NCBI GenBank assembly: GCA_963828525.1
Contig: CAWHEP010000004.1
Coordinates: forward strand, 96,001-160,000
Length of the DNA stretch: 64,000 nucleotides
Direction of reading: 5' to 3'
Source of the DNA: an uncultured Verrucomicrobiae bacterium
Lineage (GTDB): Bacteria > Verrucomicrobiota > Verrucomicrobiia > Chthoniobacterales > Chthoniobacteraceae
Below the pieces are notes generated by a model. It made no database searches. It had not been told where the DNA came from and saw only the letters and a program-made list of their open reading frames with translations. Shown piece by piece: positions 50,829 to 61,457 of the stretch. The position numbers were made by a program, and so were the translations under genes. Numbering within the stretch: position 1 is the stretch's first letter; each line of letters begins with the position of its first letter.

Positions 50829-52079
50829 CTATGCGTCCAGAACCAGTTCTGTCTGCGGAGCGCAGATGCACGTCAGGCAGGACCCATGATCTGGCTTTGA
50901 ACCGGGTTCGTTTACGTAAGTCACTTCTCCTGACTTTACTGCTGTGAGACAGCTTCCGCAATTCCCAGCTCTGCAACCGAAGTTCATGGCGATGCCGTTG
51001 GCCTCGGCCAGCTCGAGCAGGTTTGCGGAACGGCCGTCCCATGTTACTGATTTACCAGACTTTACGAATGTCACTGTCAGCGCGGAAGCCGTTGGAGGAG
51101 CCTCAGTTTTCGGCGCTGGCGTTCTCTTGACGCTAGCGGGGCCGAACGCTTCGAAATGCACGTTTTCATCCGGTACTCCCCATTCCTTCAAACCCGTGAT
51201 AAGTGACTCCATCATCGGCCCTGGGCCGCAGATATAATAATTGTAGTTATTGGAGGGCAGCAGCGTCTTGAAGAGCTCCACTCCGACGCGACTCTTATGA
51301 TGGAAGTCGGTGTCAGTGGCTTCGGGAGCACTGCAGCAGATATGCAGGCGTACGTTATCATGAGCTTTGGCTACCGCCATGAGATGCTCCTTCATCACGT
51401 ATTCCGAGCAATTCCGGATTCCGTAGAAGAACCATACTTCGCGTTTGGAGCCGCTCTCCACGATTTCATTTAACATGGCCATCACGGGCGTGACGCCGAT
51501 GCCTCCTCCGATTAGCACGACCGGAGTCAGCTGGTTGGTATCGAGGAAAAATTGACCGGCGGGCGAGCGAACATCAACGATATCGTTTTCACGCAGTTGC
51601 TCATGCACGAAAGTGGACACCAGCCCCCCTCGAGTCTCCGCGCCGGACGGAGCTACTTTCTTGATAGTGACACGATAACAGTCGGGCCGGGCTTTGTCTG
51701 ACAGAGAGTAGCATCGCACGACCTTCTTCTTCTGGCCCGGCACATCAAAATCGAACGTTAAATATTGACCAGGGTTAAAGGCGGGAAGCAGTTTATTGTC
51801 GTGAGGCGCCAGGTAGAGAGAGCAGATGCCGTCTGCTTCGATTACCTTTTTCTTGATCGAGAATTTACGGATTCCACTCCACGAAGTCCCCGTTTCCTCT
51901 GCTTTCTTTTTCTCCCGCCGCGCAGCTTGCAACTTCGTGAGGAGTATTTCAAACGTGGCCCGGTCCGCCCTCCGTTGGAAACTCAGCCGTCGCAGCGAAC
52001 CCGTCAGCACCGTGGCTCCCTGCGCGAAGACAAGCGCCAGGAGAGCTGCTCCCGACGCTTTCAGGATGTCGAAGTTCAT
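50829..52079 (-). CDS. FAD/NAD(P)-binding oxidoreductase with C-terminal [2Fe-2S] ferredoxin and N-terminal hydrophobic anchor
   Basis: PGQYL, RCYSL, GGIGVTP, YICGP, FEAF, CRAGNCGSC...CLTC. Confidence 0.92.
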   Translation of the reverse strand: MNFDILKASGAALLALVFAQGATVLTGSLRRLSFQRRADRATFEILLTKLQAARREKKKAEETGTSWSGIRKFSIKKKVIEADGICSLYLAPHDNKLLPAFNPGQYLTFDFDVPGQKKKVVRCYSLSDKARPDCYRVTIKKVAPSGAETRGGLVSTFVHEQLRENDIVDVRSPAGQFFLDTNQLTPVVLIGGGIGVTPVMAMLNEIVESGSKREVWFFYGIRNCSEYVMKEHLMAVAKAHDNVRLHICCSAPEATDTDFHHKSRVGVELFKTLLPSNNYNYYICGPGPMMESLITGLKEWGVPDENVHFEAFGPASVKRTPAPKTEAPPTASALTVTFVKSGKSVTWDGRSANLLELAEANGIAMNFGCRAGNCGSCLTAVKSGEVTYVNEPGSKPDHGSCLTCICAPQTELVLDA

Positions 52080-52091
52080 CCGCGTTTTGTA

Positions 52092-53603
52092 CTAAAACTT
52101 CCTGCGAAGTTCAAGGCGAACGCCGAAAGAATTCTGAGCCTGATCGCGATCCACGAAAATGATGTCCGAGCGGAGAATCCACGCGTTGTTGAGCGGCAGT
52201 TGATACCTTGCTCCGAGGCCGAATTCCGAACCTTTAGCCGTGCGATGCGTGGCATCTCCGAAGGTGTTCAAGCCACTCATTTCAAGGACGATCTGCTGAT
52301 CGATATTGAACAGGTATTCTATTCCAAGCGCTCCTCCGTACGTGTTGTGGCCGGTATCGTCCAGTTTCGGGAACCCGGTGAGGCCATCCGTCTCAAAGGT
52401 GATCCCGGTGTTGATCAGGACGCCGCCCGTTCCATTTCCACGAGCGAGGGATTGAGGTGTATCGAACCCGGCGAACAGGTTGAGATAGGGCACCAGCGTC
52501 AGGGGCAGGGGAGTAATGAGGGAGTTTTCCAGAATTATCAGCCCGCCGTTTGCAGTCCTGGTTTGGCCTGGGTCCGGATTCTGACCGAAGTTATAGATCA
52601 CGCGCACGGAATTGGAAATCGTGTCGAAATAGCGGCGGGTAAATGCCAGCGAGATATTGCTGTAGCTGAGATCGGCAAACCTATCACGGCCAAGAGTATA
52701 ACCGTAGCCAAACTCCCAATAGCCGCGGTTGGCTTCGATGAAGGCCGCTACTCCAAAAACGCTGGCGTCATCGTTGTCCGGTATCGCCGGCGTATCCACA
52801 TGGTCAAACCCCGCGAAAAACGTGATATCCATGTTTGAGATGTCCAAATGTGGACTGTTGCGCGCGGGGATGGTGATGGCGAACCCGTCGAAAGCATCCT
52901 CAAGCCATACGCCGTTCTGAGTGATCAGGGGGATCAGGCCGAACGTGAAAGGAATATCGAGCTTGTTTTCTCTCCCGGTCACGCCCGCTGCGATCCGGGC
53001 GAGGTCGCCTTCGAAAAACAGCGATCCGGGGATTCCATTGGTCACAAATTGAGAATGCTGATTTTTACCGGCGAATTCATACCTGGTAAATACGCCGTTC
53101 TGATCCTGAGGAGTGAAGAATGCGTGGATGCGTTCCGTCGCCGTAATGCGCAGGTCAACGTCCATGTTCAGCTTTGTAGCGAGCACGCCGCGTTCAACTC
53201 CGCCGTTGTCGTTGTACGCGACTGCCGTTCTCCAGTCTCCGTAGGCGAGCAGTTGAGGGAATACCAGATTTCTGCTGCCAAAGAGATTTATGCCCGGTGG
53301 TATTGGCCCCGCTTCATAAAGCTGCTTGCCCAATTCGATCGCCGGCCTTGCGGTTCTATCGGGGTGTTTGGCGCCGTAGGTGTCGAGGTTTGACTCAGCG
53401 TCGTAGGCGCTCGCGTACTGCGGATCGGGCTTGAACAGGCTGTCATCATTGGCGACAAGATGCGCCAGCGTGTCCACAGTAGGACCAGTCTCTTGCGTCC
53501 CACCCCCGCGTTCATGCGCGGGAAGGTAATCGGTGTCCGCTCCGGATGAGAATGCGGTGGCGGATAGCAGAGCGAGAGCGACGGGAAGAATGTAAGCCTT
53601 CAA
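52092..53603 (-). CDS. predicted outer-membrane beta-barrel protein
   Basis: Sec signal; many amphipathic aromatic/Gly-rich strands (YWEFGYGY, GGALGIEYLF, FGLGARYQLPL); C-terminal Phe strand FGVRLELRRKF. Confidence 0.7.
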   Translation of the reverse strand: MKAYILPVALALLSATAFSSGADTDYLPAHERGGGTQETGPTVDTLAHLVANDDSLFKPDPQYASAYDAESNLDTYGAKHPDRTARPAIELGKQLYEAGPIPPGINLFGSRNLVFPQLLAYGDWRTAVAYNDNGGVERGVLATKLNMDVDLRITATERIHAFFTPQDQNGVFTRYEFAGKNQHSQFVTNGIPGSLFFEGDLARIAAGVTGRENKLDIPFTFGLIPLITQNGVWLEDAFDGFAITIPARNSPHLDISNMDITFFAGFDHVDTPAIPDNDDASVFGVAAFIEANRGYWEFGYGYTLGRDRFADLSYSNISLAFTRRYFDTISNSVRVIYNFGQNPDPGQTRTANGGLIILENSLITPLPLTLVPYLNLFAGFDTPQSLARGNGTGGVLINTGITFETDGLTGFPKLDDTGHNTYGGALGIEYLFNIDQQIVLEMSGLNTFGDATHRTAKGSEFGLGARYQLPLNNAWILRSDIIFVDRDQAQNSFGVRLELRRKF

Positions 53604-53620
53604 AGGAGATGGGGTAGGTG

Positions 53621-55777
53621 CTATTTCGCCGGTACTTGGAATGCCACTGTGTATGCGTGCAAATCAATCATCCATTCGTTCATCGCCTGATCCATCTCTT
53701 TGGTGGAGCCAATGAAATCCATGAAATAGATGGGCTCGGCGCGGCTCCTCACCCGAATGGCAAGTTTGTAGTTGCCGGGCTGCTTGAGGAGTGAAGCAGG
53801 AACAGAGTATGTCGCATTCCGGGTGGCGAATGGCGGCACGCTGCGGCCTTCCATGCGGATGAACGGGGGATGGTTCAACACGGTTGTTGGAACCCCCGGG
53901 GGCCGAATAAACGGAATCTGGTCAATATCTATATTTACGGGCAGATACATCTCCCGATCCGTGCCCTTCACATTCGTTGTGAGAAACTTGGTTTGCAGGT
54001 TCACCAACTGGCGATCGTCGGCGATCTTGCCGGTGCGGACATCTCGTGAATGCAGGTCGCACATGTCGCCGTGACTGTCCGTGTAGCCTGACTCCCAGAG
54101 GCGTTTTCCCTGAGGCCCAATTAGAGCAACATCGAGCCAGATTTCGGGCTGAGCTCCAAGAGAGCCGGAGGGCAGGTTGTGTCCAGGATTTATGTTGGTG
54201 AACTTGTAAGTGAACTTCAACGGCTTGCCTGCCTCCGGGGGTGCGCTGAAGAAGGGCCCGTTCAGGCGGGACCCGTTCTGCATGACCTGCAATCGGAGTT
54301 TCTTCTTTTCGTTCAGCATCTGAAGGTTCTCCTTCACGATCTCCGCGGCAGTGGTCCGGTCATCCGCGTTGTCCCAAACATCGGGAAATTTGTAGCCCTT
54401 CGGATTTTTCGCGACCTTGTTTTCGAACTCCTCGGTGCCCCAACCAGCTCGGTAATCGAACTTCAACCAGCTTTGCAGGGCAAATTGGGCGGACTTTGGA
54501 TTGTGCGGGAAGAGGCCCGGGTGCGCGGTGGGGTAACCTGGGCCGTAGAATGCGTGATTGGCGTGTTTGTGTCCGGGATTTATTGGAATCCCTCCGACGA
54601 TAGCGGCAGAGCTAATGGCATATCCCGTGGCGAGGCCAGGGTCTTTGCCCATGTGGCAATCCTGGCACTGCGTTCCCTTCAGCAAGGCGGGCGAGGAACG
54701 GAACTGATCCCAGACAACTTCGAGCTTGATGCCAGGGTGAACCGAAACCTGATGGCAGGAGACGCAAAATTCGGAAGTAGAGATGGTGCTAAACTTTATG
54801 CCCGCGCGGTGAATTGCCACTCCGGGTCCCACTTCGCTGTCGCTTGTTTTTACGTGGTAGGTGTCCTTGTTTTTTATGACACCTGCCACACCAGAACCGC
54901 TCCTCGAGCCATACATTGGCTGGTAGATATCGCCCGTGAGCATGTGCCGGTCGCCGTTAACCTTCGTGTAGTTTTCATCTACGCGATGACAGGTGATGCA
55001 TGTCACACCTTCGCGCGAAACCGTCGCTCTTTTCCACAACGGATCCTCCCGCTTTTCGCGCAGGGAAGTGCCCACCGCGGAATGGCATCGCATGCAGAAG
55101 TAATCCACGGTGCCTTGTGAGAGATCATTGATTTTCTGCTCGAAACGATGAAACACCGGCGAGATCGAGGCGTAAGCATGGTTGGACGAACGCCATTCAT
55201 TGTAGATCTGTTGATGACACGTCGCGCAATCTGAAGCGCTGGGATACTGGCTCTTTGCGAATACTTCTCTATGAGGATCGATTTCAAGGCTTGGCGGCTT
55301 GGGCGGGGGAGGGGGTAAAGGCGCTTCCGACGGGGGCGGCGCGGAGGAAGGCGTGATCGGTCCAGGTGAGAGTAGATCATCCGAAGGCTTGCTCTGGCTC
55401 GGGGTGGATGGCAGCAGGAGATCATCTTCCGCCGGTTTCTTGGCGGGCATGCTCGCGCCCCCGGCGGGCGGTGTCTTATCATCAATCAATAAATCGTCGC
55501 CTCCTTTGGCCGGAGAAGCCGGTGCCGCGCCCGCGGGAGGTTTTGCGGCGGGGGCTGGCTTCTCGTCCAAGAGCAAGTCGTCGCCTCCCTTCGCTGGCGC
55601 GGGGGAAGCTTGCGCCAGTTCCATTAAGCTGCGCAGATCGTTCCGGTTTGTTCCAGAGCTGTCACCGCCGCTGGGCTGGTTGGCCGAAGCAGTCTGCCAA
55701 GCCAGATGGAAAGCGCAAAAAACGAGAGCGCCTGCCAGAACTTTTTTCACTTTGTTTTGTTCGATGGGGGAGGGCAA
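53621..55777 (-). CDS. secreted pentaheme c-type cytochrome (c554-like N-terminal heme module)
   Basis: Five CxxCH motifs (CATCH, CMRCH, CITCH, CVSCH, CQDCH), WRSSNHAYA, GHNLPSG; likely GTG start at 55750 giving signal MKKVLAGALVFCAFHLAWQTASA. Confidence 0.9.
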   Translation of the reverse strand: MPSPIEQNKVKKVLAGALVFCAFHLAWQTASANQPSGGDSSGTNRNDLRSLMELAQASPAPAKGGDDLLLDEKPAPAAKPPAGAAPASPAKGGDDLLIDDKTPPAGGASMPAKKPAEDDLLLPSTPSQSKPSDDLLSPGPITPSSAPPPSEAPLPPPPPKPPSLEIDPHREVFAKSQYPSASDCATCHQQIYNEWRSSNHAYASISPVFHRFEQKINDLSQGTVDYFCMRCHSAVGTSLREKREDPLWKRATVSREGVTCITCHRVDENYTKVNGDRHMLTGDIYQPMYGSRSGSGVAGVIKNKDTYHVKTSDSEVGPGVAIHRAGIKFSTISTSEFCVSCHQVSVHPGIKLEVVWDQFRSSPALLKGTQCQDCHMGKDPGLATGYAISSAAIVGGIPINPGHKHANHAFYGPGYPTAHPGLFPHNPKSAQFALQSWLKFDYRAGWGTEEFENKVAKNPKGYKFPDVWDNADDRTTAAEIVKENLQMLNEKKKLRLQVMQNGSRLNGPFFSAPPEAGKPLKFTYKFTNINPGHNLPSGSLGAQPEIWLDVALIGPQGKRLWESGYTDSHGDMCDLHSRDVRTGKIADDRQLVNLQTKFLTTNVKGTDREMYLPVNIDIDQIPFIRPPGVPTTVLNHPPFIRMEGRSVPPFATRNATYSVPASLLKQPGNYKLAIRVRSRAEPIYFMDFIGSTKEMDQAMNEWMIDLHAYTVAFQVPAK

Positions 55778-55856
55778 TTTTTTCTATCGGTTCGGATCAC
55801 CCTCAACGGTCTTGCAGGCACATCGAGAGTGGACGGGCTTTGTTTATTTCTATTTC

Positions 55857-55870
55857 TTGTCAAACGTCAA
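55857..55870. promoter_or_regulatory. FNR/CRP-family-like box upstream of the cytochrome operon
   Basis: TTGTC-AAAC-GTCAA, one mismatch from the palindrome TTGAC-N4-GTCAA, next to an AT-rich tract. Confidence 0.4.
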
Positions 55871-55962
55871 GCATCTTCTTGGATGTTGAAGCTGGCGAGT
55901 CGCAGAACCGCAGCCCAAGCATTCTTTTGTTGCTGCTTGCCTTCGGCCATGTTGACGAGCCT

Positions 55963-58900
55963 CTACTTTAAGGACTCCGTCTCTTTAAGCAGTTGCTTGA
56001 TCTCTCCGCCGCTCAGTGCTCCGCGGCGAATCGTGAAATCTTTGACGCTTCCCGCGAACGCGTGCTGATGATCCCACGGGTCCATCGCGCCAACGCTTGC
56101 GACTGCTTCGGCGTCCTTCGCAAAACCCGTCTTCTCCTTGCCAATCGGAGAAGCATCCTTGTAGATGGTTAAATTCTCTCCGTCATAGGTAGCCGTGAGC
56201 ATCTGCCAGCGGCCGGTATCGATGGGCGAGTTCGTTTTGAGGTTCTTGCCTCCTGACCAAAATTCGATGCCGGAGGGGAAGACAGCCAGGTAACGGACTG
56301 CCGCGCCCTTGCCCTTCTCTTCTTTCGGGGCGCCGAACCCAGCGAGCACGACACGATGTTGAGGCTTGGCATCGGTCTTCACGAGCAGGTTTATAGTCCA
56401 GGCATCCCGCGCAAGGACTGGCAGCCCAGGGGCGGGCACAGTGACGGCTCCGGCGGGCAAGGCCGCCGAATTCAAGACGTAGGCAATGTTGCCGGCGTTG
56501 AAAGACACGGTAAGGGGCTGAATCAAGTTGCCGGCCGGCGAAGCGTCTTTGATTCCACGGAGAGAAACGTTGTAGCTGACCCCGGGCCTGAGCGGACCGC
56601 CGAATTTCAGCGTAACGCCGCAGGCGTCAGGGGAGGGCGTGATCTTATCTACGGCTACCTGCGGCTGGACCACGTAATTTGCCGAATCGCGACTCGCGCT
56701 GGCCTGGAGAGGCTCGGAGAAAACAAGGGTGAGGTTATTCCCCTTGTCCGTCTGGCAGCTAATCAGTGTCGGCGGAGTGGTGTCATGGATGTTAACTACG
56801 CCACGAGTGATCGGGCCAGCAGCTCCCGCCGCGGTGATCTGCCGGGTAGCAACGTTTGCGGTAGACCAGGCATAGAAAGGCCCGGAATATGTTGGCGAAG
56901 CCGCCGTCGGGTCGCTGCCGTCCAGCGTGTAATGAAGGTCATCTGGCTGATGGTAAAGGGATGGCAGCAGGCTGATCTTTGTGGCATCGGAGAAGGTAAG
57001 ATGGTCCTGCAGGATGATGGGAGATCCGTTCGTCGCGCGATCTTCTAACGTGTCATAGAGAGGCGCGGCGGGCGGAGTTGCCGGGGGTTCGTTGCTGACG
57101 CTCACCGCAAACACGCGGATTTTCGGGTTGTTAGGCAGCGCGATCGTCCGAGCGCCGCTCGACAGGTCGTAAGTAAACTGAAACAGGTAGGAGTATTTGT
57201 AGTAGGCGTCTCCCTGTGTTGAGTTGTGGTGGGTGGCAAACCACGCAACCGGCGCTCGCTTGATAAAGCCCGCGGCAAGTCCGATCGGGAGACCTTTGGG
57301 TACTATGCCCGCAAAATTTGAAGGATCCCAGAGGCGGTTATCCCATTGGCCGATATACCCCGTCCAGTTTGGCACGATGAATGGCTGCTCTGCCTCGCCG
57401 ATCTTGATCCTGGCAATCTCGTCGCCGTCGGCGGCCGCGAGCAGGTGTACGCGATTGAATTGACCCCCGGGCAATCCAAGGCTCTGACCGTGGGCGATCA
57501 CCGCGTTCTTCGCGCCGTCGGAAGACGATCCCAAATGAAAAATCACTCCTTCGCGAACCACCTGCGCTGGAAACATCTCCGCAGGGTAGGCATCCCCATC
57601 CGCATTCATCGCGCCATCCGTTTTTTTCCCTCGCGAGCTGACTACGTCGATATCGTAAGCCAAAGGCACAACCTGGCTCGTAATGGTCGGGGTGGCAGCG
57701 GAGGGAGGCGGAAGGGTAATCGCGAATGCCCGCAAAGCGAAGCCTCTGATGTCAAAAGCAAGGGTGCCGTCACTGGCGACAGTAGCGCTGCCTATGGGAT
57801 GTTCTTGGGCGTCAATCTCACGCGCAGAAGTGATGGGCGTGGCGAACCGGAGCCGCAGGTTGGTTGCCGGTTTGCCGGCAAGTTCTTTCACTCGGACTAC
57901 GATCTCATGCGAGTCCTCTGCCTGCTTGACAGCCATGATCTGGACTTGGTCGCTGTTGACAGAAAGCATCGAGAACTCTTTTCCCAGTCGCCCGGGGTGC
58001 TGGTCGGGAAGAAATGTCCGTAGTGGTTGATTTAAGCGGGCCGCCTGTGATGGCGCGCGCCCTTGCATCCACCCTCCTTGGTGCGCCGCGAGAGCGTAAA
58101 GAATCTCATGGCGACCTTGATCCTGCGTTCCCTGGATCGCCCAACGATTCTTTACCCCTGGAGTAAAAATCAAGGTGAGGCGCAAGGTTCGATCATCGGG
58201 CTTGTCGCACCCGTATTTGGAATCGTTGAGTATGGAAACACCAAATCCGCCGCCGCTGTCCGTGAGGTCCATCCATTGCTGCTGAGGAAATTCGAAGCAT
58301 TTTGAGCTGTCGTTTCCGCGCTGCACGAATCCGACCTTGTCGTCAAAAGCAGCCTCCGGGTTTGAGGCTGCGAGGGGGAAGTCCGCCTTGAGTGTCGCGG
58401 CGAAAGAGCGCCAGTCGATATGATCCAGAATCTCGACACGGTCTCCCGCGCTGCCTGCCGCCAACCGGACGATCTGAGTAATCGTGGAGTTTTCCGTGAC
58501 CCGTTCCACTTCCAGCGCCACGCGGGCGGGGCCATTCTCCGCGATGCGAAATTTCGCGGGTCCGCTGACATAGCCACGCGCGGGTTTTTGCCGGTCAGCC
58601 CAGTTCATCTCCCACGCGGGGTAAGCAAAGGAATTTTCAGTATGGAATGAGAGTCGAGATGGAGCGGACAGCATTTCGCGCTTCAGCGCTTTGTCGTAAA
58701 CAGACGCGATGTCGCCCGCCGCATTAAGGCTTACACGGTAGCGGGCATTCTCCAGCGAATTGGAAGTGACGCTCAAGGCGCCTTGAGGCGTTGCGCCCGT
58801 CGATGGTCGCAGGTCATAGATCGCGTATCCGAAAGAGGGAGCCTTCGCCAGGAAAAGGACACGGACCCCGGATCCGTTACGCTCAAGGATTTGCGTCGGG

Positions 58901-60267
58901 ACCGCGTTTCCTTCACGATCGAAGGCGGTGAAGTCGACTGCTCCGCTGCCAGCGTATGGTATCGTGGCCTCAACAGGATCTTCGCGCTCGAAAGCCAGCG
59001 CGTTGTACACAGCGACCGGGGTTCCTTTAGCGCTTGTATCGAGGTTCGAAATAACCGCCGCGCTGGCGTGTTCGGTGACGGAAGCAAACTGATTTAAAGC
59101 CAGAACTTCATCGTTCCATGAATATTCGTAGGCTTTTGGGACGCTGGTGCCCGGCATGATGTCGTGCATTTGAGAGCCGAGAACGAGATCCCAGCCCCGG
59201 TAGAGCGGATCGTATGGGTAGGCAAAAGCGCCCAACCACGCGGCCATGGTTGCCGCCCCTTCGGCGGCGGCGGCGAGTTGTTCATTTTTGCGATTCCATC
59301 GCTTCATATAGGCCTCGGAAGATATTGATCCCGCCGAATGGTTTACCAGGAGCATATCTCCCTTGTATGTGGGAAGCCGCGCCATCTGCGCGGGCGTAAT
59401 GTCTCGCGAAAGCTGGTCGGAGCTCCCTTCAATCACCCGCAGTGGGCCGCTTCCGGTTACGGCCTTCTCCACCCACTTCACGGAAGCTTCCCGTGGCGAC
59501 CCCCCTTGATCGCCGATGCCGAAATACTTGTAGTCTGCAAACACTCCAGACTTGGCGCCGTCAGCCTCGATCCGGTGCTGCCACATCTCACTCTGACTAA
59601 GGTCTTCAGCGACTTGATCGCCATAAGGTCCGGGATTCAACCCTGCGAGGACGGATGAGCCATCAGGGCCGATCCAAAGGCCGATGTTGAAGGGAATGCC
59701 AACCGCTGAGCCCCAGCTAAGCTTCGCCGTCGAAAAAAACTTCACGCCTCCATGGGCGAGAACGGTTGGTAACGACGCGGGAAAGCCAAAGCAATCCGGC
59801 AGCAGATAATCCTGGCTATATTTCCCGAATTCACGCTGGAAGAAGTGGTTTCCGTAAAGGAGATGACGTGTAATGGATTCCAGAGATGGAATGTTCGTGT
59901 CGTTTTCATCCACCGACGACCCCGCCGGAATCCATCGTCCCTCGGCCACATACTTCTTAACCTTCTCATACTCCTGCGGGTAGTATTCCTTCATCAGCTC
60001 ATACCGCCGCGACCCTGTGAAGTTGAAGGTGTAGTTCGGGTATTTTGCGAAGAGCAGAAAGTTCTGCTCCATCGTGTTCCAGAGGTCATTCTGGATTGTT
60101 TCCACGTATGTCCAGTTCCACTGAGTGTCGAGATGCGCATAACCCACCACGTAAAGGTTCTTGTCGTGGACCAGATCGGCCGGTTTACCCGCCCGCTTTT
60201 GTTGCTCCTCGGCATGGAGCGGCGCGAACGCGAGGACGGCGATGACTAGGAAAAGGAGGGGATTCAT
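55963..60267 (-). CDS. secreted GH38 alpha-mannosidase with Fn3-associated, Ig-like and LamG domains
   Basis: AHLDTQWNW, LPDCFG nucleophile, QMHDIMPG, LNDSKYG; YTLDGSDPT; LTLVFSEPL; WQMLTATYDG. Confidence 0.92.
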   Translation of the reverse strand: MNPLLFLVIAVLAFAPLHAEEQQKRAGKPADLVHDKNLYVVGYAHLDTQWNWTYVETIQNDLWNTMEQNFLLFAKYPNYTFNFTGSRRYELMKEYYPQEYEKVKKYVAEGRWIPAGSSVDENDTNIPSLESITRHLLYGNHFFQREFGKYSQDYLLPDCFGFPASLPTVLAHGGVKFFSTAKLSWGSAVGIPFNIGLWIGPDGSSVLAGLNPGPYGDQVAEDLSQSEMWQHRIEADGAKSGVFADYKYFGIGDQGGSPREASVKWVEKAVTGSGPLRVIEGSSDQLSRDITPAQMARLPTYKGDMLLVNHSAGSISSEAYMKRWNRKNEQLAAAAEGAATMAAWLGAFAYPYDPLYRGWDLVLGSQMHDIMPGTSVPKAYEYSWNDEVLALNQFASVTEHASAAVISNLDTSAKGTPVAVYNALAFEREDPVEATIPYAGSGAVDFTAFDREGNAVPTQILERNGSGVRVLFLAKAPSFGYAIYDLRPSTGATPQGALSVTSNSLENARYRVSLNAAGDIASVYDKALKREMLSAPSRLSFHTENSFAYPAWEMNWADRQKPARGYVSGPAKFRIAENGPARVALEVERVTENSTITQIVRLAAGSAGDRVEILDHIDWRSFAATLKADFPLAASNPEAAFDDKVGFVQRGNDSSKCFEFPQQQWMDLTDSGGGFGVSILNDSKYGCDKPDDRTLRLTLIFTPGVKNRWAIQGTQDQGRHEILYALAAHQGGWMQGRAPSQAARLNQPLRTFLPDQHPGRLGKEFSMLSVNSDQVQIMAVKQAEDSHEIVVRVKELAGKPATNLRLRFATPITSAREIDAQEHPIGSATVASDGTLAFDIRGFALRAFAITLPPPSAATPTITSQVVPLAYDIDVVSSRGKKTDGAMNADGDAYPAEMFPAQVVREGVIFHLGSSSDGAKNAVIAHGQSLGLPGGQFNRVHLLAAADGDEIARIKIGEAEQPFIVPNWTGYIGQWDNRLWDPSNFAGIVPKGLPIGLAAGFIKRAPVAWFATHHNSTQGDAYYKYSYLFQFTYDLSSGARTIALPNNPKIRVFAVSVSNEPPATPPAAPLYDTLEDRATNGSPIILQDHLTFSDATKISLLPSLYHQPDDLHYTLDGSDPTAASPTYSGPFYAWSTANVATRQITAAGAAGPITRGVVNIHDTTPPTLISCQTDKGNNLTLVFSEPLQASASRDSANYVVQPQVAVDKITPSPDACGVTLKFGGPLRPGVSYNVSLRGIKDASPAGNLIQPLTVSFNAGNIAYVLNSAALPAGAVTVPAPGLPVLARDAWTINLLVKTDAKPQHRVVLAGFGAPKEEKGKGAAVRYLAVFPSGIEFWSGGKNLKTNSPIDTGRWQMLTATYDGENLTIYKDASPIGKEKTGFAKDAEAVASVGAMDPWDHQHAFAGSVKDFTIRRGALSGGEIKQLLKETESLK

Positions 60268-60297
60268 TCTGGGGGGGTATTGGGAAGACCGACGTTA

Positions 60298-61381
<1,084 letters not shown>

Positions 61382-61457
61382 CCATTTAATCTGAACTAAA
61401 CGCTCATGCTGGCGCAACTTCCGCGCCGGAATCCCGCGTTAACGAAAACTTCTATTT

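Noticed and set aside
53621..55777. NrfA, HAO or MtrA assignment
   Set aside because: No CxxCK motif (NrfA), and only five CxxCH motifs rather than eight (HAO) or ten (MtrA).
55867..55950. 27-codon minus-strand ORF MAEGKQQQKNAW... upstream of the cytochrome
   Set aside because: No motif or independent support, and it overlaps the probable promoter region.
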